A stretch of DNA of 64,000 bases from Alphaproteobacteria bacterium (GTDB lineage Bacteria; Myxococcota_A; UBA796; CAJQPC01). The notes beneath the pieces are model-generated. The model worked only from the letters and a program-made list of their open reading frames with translations, made no database searches and was not told the DNA's origin. The position numbers and the translations under genes were made by a program. The stretch spans positions 223,127-287,126 of the forward strand of contig JACKEV010000010.1 in assembly GCA_020632795.1 (NCBI GenBank), given 5' to 3'. Positions 41,344 through 50,533 of the stretch are shown here, piece by piece; positions within the stretch are counted from its first letter, which is position 1, and each line of letters starts with the position of its first letter.

Positions 41344-41547
41344 ATGGACGGCACACGGCACCGTGTCCGCTTCAAGCGCGAAGCGGACGAGCGGTGGAGC
41401 TGCGAAGTGACCGGGGTTGAGGGCGCGCGCGGGTACGGAGCAAGCGAGGCTGAGGCCCTGGAGAACGCCCTCATCCTCGCGGGGGTCTTCCTGCCGGAGC
41501 CGGGCGGTCGCCGGCTGGACGCGGCGAACGACCCGGGGAAGGCGTAG
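41344..41547 (+). CDS. HicB-like (UPF0150) antitoxin-family small protein, orphan
   Basis: MDGTRHRVRFKREADERWSCEVTGVEGARGYGASEAEALENALILAGVFL matches the HicB N-terminal fold motif. GGAGG 6 nt upstream of the ATG. No HicA seen nearby. Confidence 0.45.
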   Translation: MDGTRHRVRFKREADERWSCEVTGVEGARGYGASEAEALENALILAGVFLPEPGGRRLDAANDPGKA

Positions 41548-41702
41548 CGCGCTCCCCGCCCGCGTATGACCCGAGGAAAGGGCTGACCCAAGATAAAACG
41601 TCCATTTGACAACACGGACGTCAGGCATCCCACTATACTCCCCCACTTCCCAGGGGACCTGCAGGCAGGTCCTCAAAGACCGACGTCCGGAGTACCCCAA
41701 GC

Positions 41703-44700
41703 ATGCTGCCCAAGCTGACGCCGCACCTCCCGACCCTCACCCTCCTCGCCCTGCTCGCCGGCCCAGGCGCCGCGCTCGTCCTGCCCCAGGACGCCATCGC
41801 GCAGCAGGCCGTCTTCGCGGGCGCGGGCCTCATCGAGATCCTGCCGGCTGGCCCGGCGGTCGCCGACGGCGCGACCGCGGTGACCATGCACGCCCTGCTG
41901 CTCAACCCCGACGGCAGCGCGATGACCGGCGTCCGCCCCAAGCTCGCCGCCAAGGAGGGCACCGCGGACGGCTGGACCGAGTTGGGCGGTGGGCTGTACC
42001 AGTTCACCTACAAGCCGCCCCGCCGGGACAGCGCCGGCACGACGAGCATCTCCATCAAGGGCAAGACCCCGTCGAAGGAGGCTCTGGAGACCGAGGTGAC
42101 GGTGGCCCTGTTGGCGCCGATGCCCACCGGCATGACCATCGCCTCGAACCCCGCGCAGCTCGTGCTGGGTCAGGACAAGTCGGTCTCCCTCAACTTCACC
42201 CTGTCCGGCGGCGCCGGGCAGCCCCAGGCCGGCGCGAAGCTCAAGGTGCTGGCGTCCTCCGGCACGATCGAGAACCTCACCCACCTGGGCAACGGCGAGT
42301 TCACCGCCCGCTACGTCGCCCCGGCGGTGAACTACCCCCACATCGCCATCATCACCGTGGTGGACGAGCGCTCGCCGTCGACGCTCTACGGCGCCCACGC
42401 CATCCACCTCGTCGGCAAGACCGACTTCCCGGTGTCCAGCGCCCCGGGCGCCACGGTGATCGTGCGCATCAACGACCGGGACTTCGGGCCCTACACCACC
42501 GACGCCGGCGGCGGCGCCCGGGTGCCGCTGATGGTGCCCCCCGGCGTGCAGAGCGCCACGCTGGTCTCGGTGGTCAACGGCAACAAGACCGAGGAGCCCC
42601 TGGACCTCAAGCTCCCGGCGACCCGCCGCATCTCCTTCTTCCCGACCAACACGGCCATCCCGGGCGATCCCAGCGTCAGCGTGCCGGTCCGGGTCGCGGT
42701 GACCACGCCGCAGGGGCAGCCGGATCCCGGCGCGAAGGTCCGCCTGACCGCCAGCGGCGGCACCATCTCCGAGGCGACGCACGAAGGCAACGGCGTCTAC
42801 AAGGCCATGTTCACCCCGCCGCGCATGATCGACGGCGGCAACGTGACCCTCCAGGTCGCCATCGAGGGTGAGCCCGGCGTCCAGTCCACCTCCATGATGG
42901 TGTCGGTCGCCCCCACGACCGCCGGCACGGTCACCCAGACCCCCGAGCCCGCCACGCTCCCCTCCGGCTCGACCGGCTTCAAGGTGTACAACAAGGTCAC
43001 CTCCCTGGACGGCACCGGGCTGGGCGGACGCGCGATCGTGTTCAACGCCAGCGGCGCGCGCCCCCAGGGCGAGACCCGCGACCTGCGCAGCGGCGACTAC
43101 GAGACCACGTTCAGCACCACCAGCGACCAGGGGGTCCAGGTCACCGCGACGGTCCCTGGTGCGGTCAGCGGCAACCCCCTGCGCCACGTGGTCCTGCTGC
43201 CCACCCAGGAGCGGGTGGCCAACGACGGCACGACCACGACCCAGATCAGCGTGTTCACCGTCGATGAGTTCGGCTACGCGGTGCCCGATGTCCCGGTCAC
43301 CCTCAAGCTGGTCACGGGCGACGGCCAGCTCGCCAAGCAGCTCGTGACCAACGCCCAGGGCCTCGGCGGCACCTTCTACACCTCCGGGCGCCAGGCCGGC
43401 CTGGTCCGCATCCAGGCCACCGCGGGCGACGTCGTCGGCGCCACCGCGCTGCTCCAGCTCCCCGCCGGGGCCGCGGGGGTCGACCTGCCGGTGTCCGGCA
43501 GCGAGGCGGTGCGCGCGATGATCAGCGGCTTCGAGCGGCGCACCCCCACGGCCATCCTCCCCCGCGAGGGCGCGCAGAGCATCGCGGCGACGATGGGCCC
43601 CATCGACCCCTCCGGTCAGGCGGGCGCCCTCACGGCGTTCACCGTGACCGCCCAGCCCAGCCAGATCGCCCCGGGCGGCTCCGTCACCATCCGCATCCAG
43701 GCCCAGGACGCCGAGGGGCGGGGCGTGGCCGGCCACGGCGTCAAGGTGCTCGCCACCGGCGGCACGGCGACCCCGGCCCGGGACCTGGGCGGCGGCGCCT
43801 ACGAGTCCACCCTCTCCGTGCCCCAGGGGGCCACGGGGGAGGCCATGGTCGTCATCACCTCGGCCGACGGCGCCATCACCCGCGCGCTGCCGGTGACGGT
43901 GAACGCGCCCACCTGGGGCTCCACGGCCGAGCCGGTCGCCACGACCACGACCACCCCCACGGAGCCGGTCGCGACCACGACCCCCTCCACGGTGGCGCCC
44001 ACCACGACCACCACCATCGAGAAGCCGCCCCGCGAGCCCCGCGAGCCGGGCGACTACCCCTTCATGCGCTTCCGGGTGGGCGGCCTCTACGGGCTCTACT
44101 CCTACACCCAGACCAGCGAGGCCTCCAACAGCCCGCTGTGGCAGGACCCGGTCAACGTCTCCGCCGGCATGGGCGGCTTCGACGTCGACGTGGTGGCCTT
44201 CCTGCCGATGTTCGAGTACGTCGGGGCCGAGGCGAAGGTCCGCACCGGCTTCTACTCCATCGTGTGGCCGGGCACGGGTGACTTCGAGATCCCCGACGCG
44301 GTGCCCAACATCGCGGTCAGCGCCATCGGCCGCTTCCCCATCGACCTGGGCAGCGCCCGCATCGCGCCCGGGGTCAAGGTCGGCGCGCTCTACGGCGACT
44401 TCATCACCTACCAGCTGGACGACACGAACAACGAGCTGATCTGGGAGGCCATCGGCCTGCCCGGCCTCGGGGTGGGCGTCGACGTCGGCCTGGAGGTGGG
44501 CGAGCGCTTCCACGCCCACGCCGACTACGTGCAGGGCCTCCGGGGCATCTCGCCGTTCTCCTACAACGCCGGGCTGGACCTGGGCTTCACCGTGGTGGGT
44601 CCGCTCTACCTGGGCGCGGGCATGGACTGGACCGCCCGCACCACCACCGTCGTGGCCGGCGCCGCCGCCGCGCCCATCGGGACGCTGAAGGACAACCAGG

Positions 44701-44735
44701 TGGTGTTCATGGCGGGGCCGGGCCTGGAGTTCTGA
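41703..44735 (+). CDS. Large surface protein: signal peptide, multiple bacterial Ig-like repeats, Thr/Pro-rich linker, C-terminal beta-barrel-like domain ending in Phe
   Basis: 1010 aa. Repeated ~90-aa Ig-like units; TTTTTPTEPVATTTPSTVAPTTTTT linker; C-terminal ~250 aa Gly/aromatic-rich with alternating hydrophobics, ending GPGLEF. Confidence 0.8.
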   Translation: MLPKLTPHLPTLTLLALLAGPGAALVLPQDAIAQQAVFAGAGLIEILPAGPAVADGATAVTMHALLLNPDGSAMTGVRPKLAAKEGTADGWTELGGGLYQFTYKPPRRDSAGTTSISIKGKTPSKEALETEVTVALLAPMPTGMTIASNPAQLVLGQDKSVSLNFTLSGGAGQPQAGAKLKVLASSGTIENLTHLGNGEFTARYVAPAVNYPHIAIITVVDERSPSTLYGAHAIHLVGKTDFPVSSAPGATVIVRINDRDFGPYTTDAGGGARVPLMVPPGVQSATLVSVVNGNKTEEPLDLKLPATRRISFFPTNTAIPGDPSVSVPVRVAVTTPQGQPDPGAKVRLTASGGTISEATHEGNGVYKAMFTPPRMIDGGNVTLQVAIEGEPGVQSTSMMVSVAPTTAGTVTQTPEPATLPSGSTGFKVYNKVTSLDGTGLGGRAIVFNASGARPQGETRDLRSGDYETTFSTTSDQGVQVTATVPGAVSGNPLRHVVLLPTQERVANDGTTTTQISVFTVDEFGYAVPDVPVTLKLVTGDGQLAKQLVTNAQGLGGTFYTSGRQAGLVRIQATAGDVVGATALLQLPAGAAGVDLPVSGSEAVRAMISGFERRTPTAILPREGAQSIAATMGPIDPSGQAGALTAFTVTAQPSQIAPGGSVTIRIQAQDAEGRGVAGHGVKVLATGGTATPARDLGGGAYESTLSVPQGATGEAMVVITSADGAITRALPVTVNAPTWGSTAEPVATTTTTPTEPVATTTPSTVAPTTTTTIEKPPREPREPGDYPFMRFRVGGLYGLYSYTQTSEASNSPLWQDPVNVSAGMGGFDVDVVAFLPMFEYVGAEAKVRTGFYSIVWPGTGDFEIPDAVPNIAVSAIGRFPIDLGSARIAPGVKVGALYGDFITYQLDDTNNELIWEAIGLPGLGVGVDVGLEVGERFHAHADYVQGLRGISPFSYNAGLDLGFTVVGPLYLGAGMDWTARTTTVVAGAAAAPIGTLKDNQVVFMAGPGLEF

Positions 44736-44743
44736 TGAGGGTC

Positions 44744-44773
44744 GGGGGCGCTGCCGGAGCCGGCGGCGCCCCC
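44744..44773. terminator. GC-rich hairpin between convergent genes (candidate bidirectional terminator, no U-tract)
   Basis: gggggcgc-tgccggagccggcg-gcgccccc. Confidence 0.25.
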
Positions 44774-44780
44774 CCGCCCC

Positions 44781-45527
44781 TCACTTCCGCGCGATCGTCA
44801 CCGACCTCAGCACCACATCCTCCACCGGCCGGTCCTGCGGCCCGCGCTCGACCTCGGTGATCGTCCGCACCACGTCCAGCTCCTCGCACGCCCCGAAGAT
44901 GGTGTGCTTGCCGTTGAGGTGGGTGGGGGTGGAGTCCGTGATGAAGAACTGGGAGCCGTTGGTGTTGGGGCCCGAGTTGGCCATCGCCAGCAGCCCCGGC
45001 TTGTCGAACTTCACGGTGGGGTCGATCTCATCCTCGAAGCGGTAGCCCGGCCCGCCCCGGCCGTTGCCCAGGGGATCGCCCCCCTGGATCATGAAGTTGG
45101 GGATCACCCGGTGGAAGATCGTGCCGTCGTAGAGCTTGCGGCGGGTCTTCTCGCCGGTGACCGGGTCGGTCCACTCCCGCTTGCCCTCGGCCAGCTCCAC
45201 GAAGTTGAGCACGGTGGTCGGCGCCTTCTCGGGCCACAGCGCGCAGTGGATCGTGCCCTCGGTGGTGTTGAAGGTCGCGTGGAGGGGCTGGCCCTCCTCG
45301 ATGCCCAGCTTCACGAAGGCCTGAGCCCGCTTCTGGCTGTCCAGCTCGGACTGGAGCCGCTCGGCGCGGGAGCGCAGGGCGTCCCGCTCCCGCTCGGCGC
45401 GGTCCAGCTTCGTGCTCAGCTCGGCCACCTGGGCGGCCAGCTCATCCTTGGCCTTGACCAGCTCGGGGTCGGGGCCGCAGCCGGCGGTGGTGCTCAGGGT
45501 CAGCGCAGCGAGGATGGACCAGCGCAT
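44781..45527 (-). CDS. Cyclophilin-type peptidyl-prolyl cis-trans isomerase lipoprotein with N-terminal coiled coil
   Basis: MRWSILAALTLSTTAGCG lipobox; cyclophilin core (FHRVIPNFMIQGGDP...SQFFIT...). Internal ATG of track ORF 44781-46340. Confidence 0.85.
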   Translation of the reverse strand: MRWSILAALTLSTTAGCGPDPELVKAKDELAAQVAELSTKLDRAERERDALRSRAERLQSELDSQKRAQAFVKLGIEEGQPLHATFNTTEGTIHCALWPEKAPTTVLNFVELAEGKREWTDPVTGEKTRRKLYDGTIFHRVIPNFMIQGGDPLGNGRGGPGYRFEDEIDPTVKFDKPGLLAMANSGPNTNGSQFFITDSTPTHLNGKHTIFGACEELDVVRTITEVERGPQDRPVEDVVLRSVTIARK

Positions 45528-45641
45528 CAAGCCTCCAGGGTCGAGGGGGTGGGTGGTCACCCTGACCCATCTCGACGTCGGCGTCAACGGCGCTCGCGCG
45601 TCCAGCAGGTTAGACCTTAGCCCCTGCGCCGGAGCGACCCC

Positions 45642-45875
45642 ATGAAGATCACCGCCTTCCTCAAGACCCCCCTGTTCACCCTCGACACCGAGAAGCCCCA
45701 CGCGCCCCTCGGCGCGGTCGTGCTGGTCGGCCAGCAGATCGAGCGAGGGGACGGCGGCATCACCCTGCGGGTGGACAGCTTCTATGATGCCAAGGGCCGG
45801 CCGCTCAAGGGCGCGCCCGTGACCCTCTTCGTGCCCCTGGCCAAGATCGACAACGTCCTTCACCACGAGGTCTGA
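45642..45875 (+). CDS. Hypothetical small protein
   Basis: 77-aa ORF; stop immediately precedes the next ATG. Confidence 0.4.
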   Translation: MKITAFLKTPLFTLDTEKPHAPLGAVVLVGQQIERGDGGITLRVDSFYDAKGRPLKGAPVTLFVPLAKIDNVLHHEV

Positions 45876-46628
45876 ATGGCTGCACCCCGCACCCTGCTGC
45901 TGCTGGCGCCGCTCGTCGCCCTCGGCTGCGGAAAGATGGCCATCGACGGTGAGGTCACCGATCACACCGGGGCCCCGCTGCCGAACGTGATGGTCACCGC
46001 CGTCGGCACCCAGTGTCAGACCCTGACCGACGAGAGCGGCCGCTTCGAGCTGGTCTGCCTGCCGGGCATCTACAACATCACCATCGGGCTCAACGGCTAC
46101 ATCTCCGATGAGATCGAGGCCTTCGAGGCCCCCGCCCGCGAGCGCTACGACCTGGGCAAGCGCGTCCTCATCCGCATCCCCGACGAGAAGGGGCTGCTGC
46201 TGTTCGACGGCCAGGAGTACAGGAAGATGCAGCCCGGCAAGCTCATCCGGCGCATGGGCGGCACCGGGCTGGACGCCTACAAGCACTACTGCCTGCCCGA
46301 CGAGGACAACCCCGTCAACACCCTGCCCCCCGCCGTGCACGGCTTCTTCGACAACCAGTCCGACGGCTGGCGCCCCTTCCGCATCGACGACACCGGCTGC
46401 GCCTACAAGATGTCCCCCAAGTCCCGCACCCAGTGGGGCGTGGACTACTCCGAGAAGCCCGAGTACCAGGAGCGCGTCGTCGAACAGGGCAAGAAGATCG
46501 TGCTGATGGAGCTGCCCCCGGGCCGCTACTTCATCGCGGACTGGGACAAGGGCTTCTTCACCCCCATCAAGGGGGAGGGCGGCAAGACCGAGGGCTACAG
46601 CGGCTTCTACCTCGAAGTCGGGAACTGA
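45876..46628 (+). CDS. Lipoprotein with carboxypeptidase-regulatory-like (Ig/transthyretin-like) N-terminal domain
   Basis: LVALGCG lipobox; GEVTDHTGAPLPNVMVTAVGTQCQTLTDESGRFEL. Confidence 0.6.
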   Translation: MAAPRTLLLLAPLVALGCGKMAIDGEVTDHTGAPLPNVMVTAVGTQCQTLTDESGRFELVCLPGIYNITIGLNGYISDEIEAFEAPARERYDLGKRVLIRIPDEKGLLLFDGQEYRKMQPGKLIRRMGGTGLDAYKHYCLPDEDNPVNTLPPAVHGFFDNQSDGWRPFRIDDTGCAYKMSPKSRTQWGVDYSEKPEYQERVVEQGKKIVLMELPPGRYFIADWDKGFFTPIKGEGGKTEGYSGFYLEVGN

Positions 46629-48352
46629 ATCCCCCGCCGGGCGTCCGCGCGGCCCGGCGGCAGGGACGAGCGGCCCCGTCCGGCGCGCTTCGCGGCGTAC
46701 ATCGCCCGGTCCGCCTGCTCGATGAGGGCCTCCAGGTCGTCGCCGTGCTCCGGGTAGCAGGCCACCCCGACGCTGACGTCGATCTCCTCGGCGCCGGACA
46801 CCCGCCCCGCGTCGCGCACGATGCCCCGCAGGGTCTCCCCCAGCTCCAGGGCGTCCTCCATCGCGCGCAGCGGGGCGAGCACCACGAACTCGTCCCCGCC
46901 GATCCGGCCCACAAGGTCCGAGGCGCGCAGCCGCGCCCGCAGCCCCTCGGCGATGATGGCCAGCAGTCGGTCCCCGGCGGCGTGCCCCAGCCGGTCGTTG
47001 ACCGCCTTGAAGTGGTCCAGGTCCAGGAAGAACAGCCCCGCGCAGCCCCCGCGGCTGGCGACCCCGTCCAGCCGCCGGTTCGCCTCGCTGAGGAAGTGCC
47101 GGCGGTTGGCCAGCCCGGTCAGCGGGTCGCGCTGGGCCTGGGCCTCCAGCCGCGCCCGCACCTTGCGCTCGTCGGTGACATCCTTGAGCAGGACCGTGGC
47201 GTGCCGCCGCCCCACCCGGTCCCGGAAGTGCCGGACGACGGCCTCAAGCTGCCCGTAGCCGTCGGGGGCGGGCAGCTCCACCACCGCGTCGCTCTGGTGC
47301 TCCAGCGGGAGCACGTCGCTGAGCAGGCGCCCCTCCAGCGGGCCCGTGGCGTCTCCCAGGAGCTGAACGGCGCGTCGGTTGGCGAAGCTGATCCGCCCGT
47401 CGGGGCGCGCCGCGATGAGCCCCTCGGGGATGGCGTCGGCGATGCGACGGAAGCGGTCCTCGGAGGCCGCGAGCCGGGACATCGCCAGGCCGAGCGCGGC
47501 GGCCAGGGTGAGCTGCGCCCGGACGGCCTCCACGAAGTCCTCGCCGTACCGGGGGTTCCCTGTGGCCGCTGAGCCCAGCAGCGCGATCCCCACCAGCTCG
47601 TCGTCGACCAGCAGCGGCGCGAGCCAGCCGCTGCTCAGGCCCAGCGCCTCCAGGTGCGGGGTGGACAGGCGCGTCAGCGGCTTCGTGGGGTCCACGCTCT
47701 CCAGCAGGGGCAGCGCGCGGACGAGGCCGCCCTCCAGCTCATCGAGGGTGGTCCCGGTGCCGGTCAGCAGGGCGAAGCCGCCCGCGTCCCTCCGCAGGAA
47801 CACCGCGCAGAGGTCGAACAGCTCGGCGGCGCGGTAGCGGGCGAGGCTCTCGGCGACGGTCTCCCGCAGGTCGGTCGTGGCGGTCACGGTGCGGGCGGCC
47901 CCGACCAGCGCGGCGAGCTGGGCGCTGCGCAGGGCGTAGCGCTGGCTGAGCCGGTGGAGCCGGGAGCTGCGGGCCTCGGGGTCGGTGAGCAGCCTCCTCA
48001 AGCAGGACCGGAGCTGGGTAGGCGTCACCGGACGGAACAGCACCTCGTCGAAGACCGCCTCGTCCAGCTCCTCCCGCAGGCTGGCCGCAGCACCCGCGAG
48101 GCCCACCAGGGCGACGGTCGAGCCCCCGGGCAGCGCCCGGACGCGCTCCGCGAGGCTCCCCCCCTCCCTGCAGACCGAGATGACCACCGCGTCCATCGGC
48201 AGCGCCCCCCGGTCCCGGCCGCGCAGGATCGTCAGCGCTGTGGCCGGCGGCGCGGGCGTCACCGCGAAGCCGCCGTCGCTGAGGGCCGCCGCCAGGGCCT
48301 CGCGGCGAGGCGGGTCTCCGTCCACCAGCAGCACCCGGGGCTTCAGCGTCAC
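46607..48352 (-). CDS. Response regulator receiver, PAS/GAF, GGDEF diguanylate cyclase
   Basis: Proposed GTG start at 48352 (GGAGGG upstream, GTGA overlap with the lptG stop). Receiver domain (RVLLVDGD...), GGDEF (DPLTGLANRRHF...RIGGDEFVVL). Confidence 0.8.
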   Translation of the reverse strand: MTLKPRVLLVDGDPPRREALAAALSDGGFAVTPAPPATALTILRGRDRGALPMDAVVISVCREGGSLAERVRALPGGSTVALVGLAGAAASLREELDEAVFDEVLFRPVTPTQLRSCLRRLLTDPEARSSRLHRLSQRYALRSAQLAALVGAARTVTATTDLRETVAESLARYRAAELFDLCAVFLRRDAGGFALLTGTGTTLDELEGGLVRALPLLESVDPTKPLTRLSTPHLEALGLSSGWLAPLLVDDELVGIALLGSAATGNPRYGEDFVEAVRAQLTLAAALGLAMSRLAASEDRFRRIADAIPEGLIAARPDGRISFANRRAVQLLGDATGPLEGRLLSDVLPLEHQSDAVVELPAPDGYGQLEAVVRHFRDRVGRRHATVLLKDVTDERKVRARLEAQAQRDPLTGLANRRHFLSEANRRLDGVASRGGCAGLFFLDLDHFKAVNDRLGHAAGDRLLAIIAEGLRARLRASDLVGRIGGDEFVVLAPLRAMEDALELGETLRGIVRDAGRVSGAEEIDVSVGVACYPEHGDDLEALIEQADRAMYAAKRAGRGRSSLPPGRADARRGIQFPTSR

Positions 48353-49347
48353 GGCGCCCTCCAGTCCACGGGCCTCAGCCCGGCCAGCGCGCCGCCGCCC
48401 AGCGCGAGGCCCGCCGGCAGCCAGCCGCCGAAGCTGCCGCCGGCCACCGCCAACGCCGCGAGCTGCCAGGCCCCCCCGAGCACGGCCGCGAGCACCACCG
48501 CCTGGGGGGTCGACAGCCGCGTGCACAGCAGCAGGCCCCCCAAGGCCCAGCCCCAGCCCAACCCACAGAGCAGCCCGAGGGCGCGGGTACGGAGCCAGCC
48601 GACCGCCGCCGGGGCGGGGTGGACCGCCAGCTCGGCCAGCCCCAACTCCCCGAGGTCCAGGCGCCGCGCCAGGAGCTGGAGCACCTCGGCGGGGGGCAGC
48701 GGGATCGACGCGGGCGTCACCTCCTCCATCGCGCCGCCCGCCAGGGTCACCGCGCGCACCCCGTCAGGCCGCCAGCCGGGACCCTCAGCGGTCAGCCGCG
48801 AGACGTCCACCCGGCGCAGCAGCCCCCCGTCATCCCGGGTCACCAGGGTGACCGCCGCGAGCGCCCCGTCCTCCACCGCCCCGACCCGGATGAGCCCCTC
48901 CGCCGTGCTCGCCCAGCCCCCGCCCAGGGCCAGGGGGCGCCCGCTCAAGGTGGCCGCGGAGGTCGCCGCGAGGTCCCGCGCGGCGGGCGCGGCCAGCTCG
49001 ATCCCCCCGACCACGAGCGCGGCGACCGCCCCGCACGCCAGCACCAGGGCGCCGCGCAGCCGCGACGCCGAGACCCCGGCCACCCCCAGCGCCAGCAGCC
49101 CGCCCCGGCGCCGCAGCTCCCCCAGCCCCAGGCCCAGCCCCACCGCCACCAGGACCGGCGCGACGTCGCGGGCCAGCAGCACCGCGCGCCCGGCGAGCAG
49201 GGAGACGAAGGCCCCCGGCGCCCGCCCCACCGGCAGCCGGTTGGCCTGCTCCACCGCCTCGATGAGCAGCAGGCCGCCCAGCCCGACGAGGACCGCCACG
49301 GCCACCCCCCAGGCCACCGCGCGGCCGATGACGTGGGTCAGCCTCAC
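48349..49347 (-). CDS. lptG: LPS export ABC transporter permease (YjgP/YjgQ family)
   Basis: GTG start VRLTHVIGRA... with GGAGGG RBS; six-TM permease with a periplasmic domain. Upstream part of the track ORF is junk. Confidence 0.7.
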   Translation of the reverse strand: MRLTHVIGRAVAWGVAVAVLVGLGGLLLIEAVEQANRLPVGRAPGAFVSLLAGRAVLLARDVAPVLVAVGLGLGLGELRRRGGLLALGVAGVSASRLRGALVLACGAVAALVVGGIELAAPAARDLAATSAATLSGRPLALGGGWASTAEGLIRVGAVEDGALAAVTLVTRDDGGLLRRVDVSRLTAEGPGWRPDGVRAVTLAGGAMEEVTPASIPLPPAEVLQLLARRLDLGELGLAELAVHPAPAAVGWLRTRALGLLCGLGWGWALGGLLLCTRLSTPQAVVLAAVLGGAWQLAALAVAGGSFGGWLPAGLALGGGALAGLRPVDWRAP

Positions 49348-50267
49348 CGCTCCCTCCAACGGCCCCAGGTCCAGGCCACCGCGAGGCCCAGCAACGCCAC
49401 CGGGAGCCAGGCCGCCACGCCGCCCCCCACCGCGCGCGCGCCCGCGTCCAGCCCCCGCACGAGGCCCCAGTAGGCCACGATGGGGACCGCCGGCCACAGC
49501 GCGCGGCGGCGCAGGGCCAGCGGCGGGCAGATCAGGACCAGCAGCGCCGCGGCTACCGGCCAGGCGCTGCGCTTGAGCAGCACCGCGCGCTCGTAGCCGG
49601 CGTCGCGCCCCCGGGCCTCCATCCGCGCGATCAGCGCGGCGAGCGCGGCGTCGGAGCGCTCGTTCAGCTCCACCCGGTGGTCCGGGACCGGCAGGGGCAG
49701 GGTCAGGCGCTCGAAGTCCACCCGCGCCTGGGGGGGGCCAGGCAGGTGCACCACCCCGGACTCCAGCAGGAGCTGCCCGGGGGCGAGGGAGGCGGCCCGC
49801 GCGGAGCCCACCCGGGGCCACGTCGGCCCGTCCACCGCGAAGAAGACCCCGGTGAGGCCCGAGGCGTCCACCGCGTCGGCCAGCAGGGTCACCGTGCCGA
49901 TCTGAAGTGGCACCCCCGGCCGGGGGCGCAGGGCCTCGGTGACCAGGCCGCGCGCGGCGGCCCGCGCCGCCGGCTCCAGGTGGTGGGCGGAGACCCAGCA
50001 CAGCCCGCCGACCGCGAGGGCGAAGCCCAGCGCCGGGCCCAGCAGCACCCGCCCCCCCAGCCCGGCCGCCTGCACAGCGGTCCACTGCCCCTCCTGGCGC
50101 CATCGCCGCAGCGTCCCCGACAGCCCCACCACGCAGGCCAGCGGCGCGACCAGCCCCAGGACCGTCGGCGTCGCGCAGCCGGCCAGGGTCAGGAGCGCAG
50201 CCCCCGACGGGAGGGCCGGCGCCTGCAGCGCCCGAGCCCCGACGAAGCCCACGATCCCCACCACCAC
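49344..50267 (-). CDS. lptF: LPS export ABC transporter permease (YjgP/YjgQ family); N-terminus probably extends to 50336 with a non-canonical ATC start
   Basis: LptF-like permease. Upstream in frame, IHTLRRQLLF matches the family N-terminal motif, is preceded by AAGGA and bounded by an in-frame TAA. Confidence 0.65.
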   Translation of the reverse strand: MVVGIVGFVGARALQAPALPSGAALLTLAGCATPTVLGLVAPLACVVGLSGTLRRWRQEGQWTAVQAAGLGGRVLLGPALGFALAVGGLCWVSAHHLEPAARAAARGLVTEALRPRPGVPLQIGTVTLLADAVDASGLTGVFFAVDGPTWPRVGSARAASLAPGQLLLESGVVHLPGPPQARVDFERLTLPLPVPDHRVELNERSDAALAALIARMEARGRDAGYERAVLLKRSAWPVAAALLVLICPPLALRRRALWPAVPIVAYWGLVRGLDAGARAVGGGVAAWLPVALLGLAVAWTWGRWRER

Positions 50268-50533
50268 GAAGGCCAGCAGCGCGGCCGCGACGGCCGGAGC
50301 GCAGGTGAAGAGGAGCTGTCGACGGAGGGTGTGGATGGCCGGACGTCCTTTTGACCGATGGCCCCCGACAGGTTATACCGTCGGTGGAAGTCCGGCCTTT
50401 GCCGGACCATTATTCTTGATCATACGCAAGGTTTCCCGCCCGGTTTGAACAAGGGGCGCCAGCGCAGGGCGTCCACGGCGCGCGCCTCAGGCGGTCGGCG
50501 CGGAGCGGTGGCCGGGCGGACCGAGGAGATGCG

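Noticed and set aside
44781-46340. Full 519-aa minus ORF as one gene
   Set aside because: Upstream part is junk antisense to the 45642-46628 plus genes. The real gene is the cyclophilin lipoprotein starting at the internal ATG at 45527.
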